DNA of 64,000 nucleotides from Kiritimatiellia bacterium (GTDB lineage Bacteria; Verrucomicrobiota; Kiritimatiellia; JAAZAB01): NCBI GenBank assembly GCA_040767085.1, contig JAXGPF010000011.1, positions 64,001 to 128,000 of the forward strand, read 5' to 3'. Shown piece by piece: positions 59,713 to 64,000 of this stretch (position 1 is its first letter; each line of letters starts with the position of its first letter). The notes under the pieces were generated by a model. It saw only the letters and a program-made list of their open reading frames with translations, ran no database searches and was not told where the DNA came from. The position numbers and the translations under genes were made by a program.

Positions 59713-61311
59713 ATGGAACATAAACTACAGGATTCAGCGCGCCGGATGAGCGCGCGTAAAATGCCGGCCTGGCTGGTGCTGGTCCTGGTTGCGGCGGCGG
59801 GAGGATGCCTTATGCGCGGGAACGATCAGTTTGACGGCGGCCTGCGTCCGGGCGGGCGCCTGGAGCCGTTCGGCGCGGTGTATGCCGGGAAAAACCCGCC
59901 GGCCGCGCCGGAACAGCCATGTCCGGAAGCCCTTTCCCGCAAGGCGGTGGCGGAAAGCCTGGATGCGCATAACCTGCTGTATTCCGGGCGGATGGTGAGC
60001 GACCGCGACCCGGGCCTGCTGGCGGTTCCGGAACACCTGGCCGCGGCGGCCGGGCGCGATTTTACCATGGCGCATACGCCGCCGGAAATTGATTTTGCCG
60101 TCATCCCGGTTGAACCGCGCTGGCCGCGCGTGTACCATAACCAGTATCGCTCCGGCTGGTGGGGCAATTACTGCCAGCCGGCTTACGATCCGGCCAGCGG
60201 GAAATTCTACTCGGCGGTGGCCGATCACGGCGCCCGCGATGCGCATCTCTACCTGGTGGAATATGACCCGGCGGCCCGGCAGGTGCATTGCCGGGCCGAG
60301 TTCAACCACTCGCTGGGGCGCGGCCGGGACGATTTCGGCGACGGCATCATCCATGGCTGGCTGGATTTCTTCCAGGCGCCGGGCATGCCGCGTCCGCAGA
60401 TCTGGTTCTGCAGCTATTGGGCCAAGTTCCCCGAGCCGTCCGCAGCCGACTACGCCACCGGCTACGTCGGCGGGCATATCGCCAGCTACGATCCGGCGGA
60501 CAACCTGTTCGTGGACTACGGCGCGCCCTTGCCGCGCACGTCCTGGCCCTTGCACCGCCTGGATGCCCGCCGCGGCATGCTGTATGCCGTCAGTTTCCGC
60601 AATGAGTTTCTGGCCTGGAATATCCGCCGGCAGCGTACTGAATGGGCGGGATACCTCCCGGCGGGCATGCTTTGGAATAACCGCGCCATCCTGGTGGATT
60701 CCAATTCCGGCTGCGTCTTCACCTCGAACGACGATCCGGGCGACCGGCAACGCCGCCTGATCTGTTATAACGACGCCGACAAGCGTTTTTCGCTGCTGGA
60801 TTGCCATATGCCGTCCAACCCCGCCAGCGGCACATTTGACCGACTGCGCGGGCATACGCGCGAACGCGGGCCGGACGGCTTGTACTGGGCGGCGACGGAA
60901 TCCGGCGCGCTCTTTACATTCGACCCGGACCGCCGGGAAATTCAGCCGCGCGGATTGAATTGGCCGGGGCCGGCAGGCACCCGCCGCAGCACCACCACGA
61001 TGGCGCGCAGCCCGCAAGGCCGCTACCTGTATTACAACATCATGTCCTACCAGGATGGCTCCCCGGTGATTCAATACGATACCAGGACCGATACGCGCAA
61101 GGTGCTGGCCTTCCTCTATCCTTATTACCACGCCAAGTACGGCTATATTCCCACCGGCTCGTATTCGTTCGCCCTGGATGAGCGCGGCGCGGGCTTGTTC
61201 ATGGTGTGGAATGGCGCGTTCATCCAGCCGGCGCCCAATATCGGAGTGGATTTCTGGGGGCATTGCTCCGTCATGTACATGAAAATTCCGGAGTCGGAGC
61301 GGATGGAATAA
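59713..61311 (+). CDS. Exported (lipoprotein-like) beta-propeller hypothetical protein
   Basis: AGGC lipobox-like; repeated YDP/YDT blades. Confidence 0.65.
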   Translation: MEHKLQDSARRMSARKMPAWLVLVLVAAAGGCLMRGNDQFDGGLRPGGRLEPFGAVYAGKNPPAAPEQPCPEALSRKAVAESLDAHNLLYSGRMVSDRDPGLLAVPEHLAAAAGRDFTMAHTPPEIDFAVIPVEPRWPRVYHNQYRSGWWGNYCQPAYDPASGKFYSAVADHGARDAHLYLVEYDPAARQVHCRAEFNHSLGRGRDDFGDGIIHGWLDFFQAPGMPRPQIWFCSYWAKFPEPSAADYATGYVGGHIASYDPADNLFVDYGAPLPRTSWPLHRLDARRGMLYAVSFRNEFLAWNIRRQRTEWAGYLPAGMLWNNRAILVDSNSGCVFTSNDDPGDRQRRLICYNDADKRFSLLDCHMPSNPASGTFDRLRGHTRERGPDGLYWAATESGALFTFDPDRREIQPRGLNWPGPAGTRRSTTTMARSPQGRYLYYNIMSYQDGSPVIQYDTRTDTRKVLAFLYPYYHAKYGYIPTGSYSFALDERGAGLFMVWNGAFIQPAPNIGVDFWGHCSVMYMKIPESERME

Positions 61312-61414
61312 ATTGCAAGGCTCGCCACAGCTTCGCCCTCCAGGAACGTTCCAAACATTAAATATCGTTTTGAAACCGATTCACCGGCGCGACTCATCAG
61401 CGGGAGAAAGCAAA

Positions 61415-63268
61415 ATGTGTATTAAAGCGAAAATTCGGCATCAGGTTGTCTGGACGGCGGCGGCCATCTGCGCGGCATCAATTGCGGCGGGCGCCGGTCA
61501 GGCGGCGGAAAACGAGGAAAATATGCAAAAAAAGGATGGAATACAGGAACTCGCTATCGGACCGATCAAGCTGGATGGAGCAAACGGGCAGGCCTGGCCG
61601 GCGGCCGGCAAAATGCCGTTGGGCGAAGCGCTGACGGTGGCCGCCTGGGTGGTCCCCGCGGATAACCTGGCCGAGCGCATGCGGACGGTGATGTCGAAGT
61701 GGGCGCCGCAACCGGCCTTTGAGGCCTTTGACGCTTACGACGCCGGCCGGACTGACGGGCTGGACACCACCGGGTTCCTGGGCGCGGTGTTTGACGGCCG
61801 CTATCTCTACTTTGCACCCCAGCACAACACCGTCCGCCGGCATGGCGTAGTTTTGCGATACGATACCCATGCCGCGTTCAAGGACCCGGGCGCCTGGCAG
61901 GCATACGACGCCGAACAGACCGACGGACTGGCCACCCGCGGATTCTACGGCGCGGTGTTCGACGGCGCTTATGTTTACTTTACCCCGCGCATGGATGGGC
62001 AATCCTACCATACCCGGGTTTTGCGTTACGACACGCGCCTGCCGTTCAAACAAGGCGCGAGCTGGTCGGCTTTCGATGTCGGCTTGAATAATTCCTACCA
62101 GGGCTGCGCATTCGACGGCCGGCACGTCTATTTCGCGCCCGGCGTCAACCAGGACCGGGAACGCGCCGGCGGCCGGCCGGCGCCGATGCTGCGTTATGAC
62201 ACGCAAAAACCTTTTGCCGACCGCGCCAGCTATGAAGTTTACGAATTATCCGGCCACCCGGGCCTGGAAAATACCAGCGTGGACCTGGATGGCATCAGTT
62301 TTGACGGCCGGTACATGTATTACGCGCCGCTGGTCGGCGAACTCGTTGTCCGCTTTGACACCCGGCAGCCGTTCACCCAGCCGGAATCCTGGGCCTGGTT
62401 CAAACCGCAGGGACTGAAAATGTGTGTCGGCCCGGTGTTCGACGGCCGGCATGTATATTTCGGCGGCTATAATACTCATAACGTAGTCCGTTATGACACG
62501 GCAGCCGATTTCCTGGCGCCGGCCGCCTGGCAATGCGTGGATGTCAAGCAGGTATGCGGAGTTGCATGGGCCGGTTATGACGGCGGCTTCTTCGACGGCC
62601 GGTATCTTTACCTGACCCCTTTTTACGAACAGCAAACCGGGTTGCCGGATCAGCCGCGTAAGTTCCACGCCCAGGCGGTCCGCTATGACACCCGCGCGGC
62701 ATTCGACAGTCCGGCCGCCTGGCAATGGAAAGATGTCGGCCGGACCGACGGTTTGTTCACCGTGGGCTACAATGCCGGCGCCACGGACGGCCGGTACCTG
62801 TATTGTGCGCCCTGGCATGACGGCGCAGCTTACGAAAAAGGCGGCAAAATCGTCGGACACGGCCGCGTGCTGCGTTACGACACCGTCGGCGCCAACGGCT
62901 CGTTTGTCCTGAAATACATGGATTACGGACATAACGGCGGCTTGTGCGGCGCCATCCCGGGGCCGACGTTTACGGTCAATACCGACCGCGGCGTATTCTC
63001 CGCGCGCGCCAACCGCGCGCCGGCCCCCGGCCGGCGGCACCTGGCCGGCGTGTATGACGGCCAATCCGTCAAGCTGTATGTTGACGGCGCGCTGGTGAAC
63101 GAGCAGCCGGCGGCCGGCCGGCTGTGCGCCAATGCCGTGCCGGTGATGCTCGGCCAACTGGGCGGCGGCGGCGCCGCCTTTGCCGGGATCCTGGAACGCG
63201 TGGTCATCCGCGCCGCCGCCGCCGGCCCGGCGGAAATCGCGGCGTTGATGCATGCCGCCGGCAAATAA
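61415..63268 (+). CDS. Exported protein: LamG-like domain interrupted by FDGRY beta-propeller repeats
   Basis: Seven (F/T)DGxxxYxxP...RYDT repeats between LTVAAWV..SKW and HLAGVYDG..LYVDG. Confidence 0.75.
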   Translation: MCIKAKIRHQVVWTAAAICAASIAAGAGQAAENEENMQKKDGIQELAIGPIKLDGANGQAWPAAGKMPLGEALTVAAWVVPADNLAERMRTVMSKWAPQPAFEAFDAYDAGRTDGLDTTGFLGAVFDGRYLYFAPQHNTVRRHGVVLRYDTHAAFKDPGAWQAYDAEQTDGLATRGFYGAVFDGAYVYFTPRMDGQSYHTRVLRYDTRLPFKQGASWSAFDVGLNNSYQGCAFDGRHVYFAPGVNQDRERAGGRPAPMLRYDTQKPFADRASYEVYELSGHPGLENTSVDLDGISFDGRYMYYAPLVGELVVRFDTRQPFTQPESWAWFKPQGLKMCVGPVFDGRHVYFGGYNTHNVVRYDTAADFLAPAAWQCVDVKQVCGVAWAGYDGGFFDGRYLYLTPFYEQQTGLPDQPRKFHAQAVRYDTRAAFDSPAAWQWKDVGRTDGLFTVGYNAGATDGRYLYCAPWHDGAAYEKGGKIVGHGRVLRYDTVGANGSFVLKYMDYGHNGGLCGAIPGPTFTVNTDRGVFSARANRAPAPGRRHLAGVYDGQSVKLYVDGALVNEQPAAGRLCANAVPVMLGQLGGGGAAFAGILERVVIRAAAAGPAEIAALMHAAGK

Positions 63269-63303
63269 CGCCTGCATCCTGCTGGTATTCCCGTGGCGCC
63301 GGG

Positions 63304-64000
63304 TCAATTATCATGCCCGTCCCCGGCCTGGATTGGGCCGCTGGTGACAAATTCAATCACGCGGAAATCAAATGCGCCGCAGACCACATCCAGGCTCAAG
63401 GGACTGGTTAACGGCAGGTTGGCTCCCGTCCAGATATCCATAGCGCTCGTGAAACGCAGGACATCATTGCGGGACTTGATCCGGCCAGTCCAGGATTCCG
63501 CCTGATTGTTGATCAGAATGACGGTCAGGCGCTGCGGCCGAACGGTAACCAGATATTGGATCGGCAATCCGTCCACTGCCACCGGCAAATGCGGCCGGAT
63601 CAAGTGCGCCAGCAAGTCCTGGCAATGCGCGGCCATCGGTTTGCCGATGCCTTTGCGCGCGTAGTGCGCCATGGTGGTGTAAACCGCTCCCTTCCCCATG
63701 GCATGCCGCACCACGGCCGGCACGGTCGGCTGGTGGCCGCGGCGCGCCTCAATGCAAGCCGCGGCGCCAGCGCGCAGTTCGGCGACTTCCACAACCATCG
63801 GCCCTTCATCCCAGACATTGCCCCACGCCGTGTGGAATTTGGGATACGAAGCAATTTTGCCCGTGGCTTGGAAGCCGGCAAAGTCCGCGGATATCTGCGC
63901 ATAATGCCTGATGTTCAGGACCACTTCACCGCCCGCCGCCGCATAACGCGCCAGTTTTTTTTGCAGGTCCGCGGTCAGTTGCAGCGCCCCGGTGATGATC
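63304..64000 (-). CDS. Partial CDS (runs off window), beta-galactosidase-trimerisation-like C-terminal region
   Basis: KLARYAAAGGEVVLN, PAVVRHAMGKGAVY, VILINN. Confidence 0.55.
   Translation of the reverse strand, partial: IITGALQLTADLQKKLARYAAAGGEVVLNIRHYAQISADFAGFQATGKIASYPKFHTAWGNVWDEGPMVVEVAELRAGAAACIEARRGHQPTVPAVVRHAMGKGAVYTTMAHYARKGIGKPMAAHCQDLLAHLIRPHLPVAVDGLPIQYLVTVRPQRLTVILINNQAESWTGRIKSRNDVLRFTSAMDIWTGANLPLTSPLSLDVVCGAFDFRVIEFVTSGPIQAGDGHDN

Overview
GC-rich bacterial chromosome segment. The protein families and repeat style suggest the PVC superphylum (Kiritimatiellota/Lentisphaerae-like), which is an inference only. From left to right: (1) 1-16.6 kb is a minus-strand carbohydrate-utilisation cluster. 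It holds a GH29 split by an ISL3 with an 8-bp TSD, two paralogous modular GH-A-like proteins (one frameshifted), a beta-helix protein plus an internally deleted mini-copy of it, a GntR/LacI regulator and a GH127. (2) 16.9-25.2 kb is a housekeeping run: ftsH-folP-cdaA-cdaR-ftsK-RodZ-like HTH. (3) 25.8-45.1 kb is a Mu-like (transposable) siphovirus prophage inserted in an AAA/DUF4143 gene. It has a MuF-ADP-ribosyltransferase toxin with a candidate immunity gene, a -1 frameshift tail chaperone and a 628-bp capsid duplication. No recognisable terminase, portal or lysis gene is present, and host GTAG-type REP hairpins are stacked in-frame inside phage genes. (4) 45.1-47.7 kb has three staggered, non-identical partial copies of a 4TM + winged-HTH gene, followed directly by 15 helically phased CGTTTC repeats. 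(5) The remainder contains an attC-like site with a BrnT remnant and BrnA, a nucleoside transporter, a 3.7-kb three-gene DDE/ExeA-ATPase transposon splitting a flavin reductase (3-bp TSD), TauE, a serine hydrolase with FG-GAP repeats, AraC and two beta-propeller proteins. No rRNA, tRNA, CRISPR array or reverse transcriptase was recognised. Family assignments are from motif recognition by eye, not database searches.
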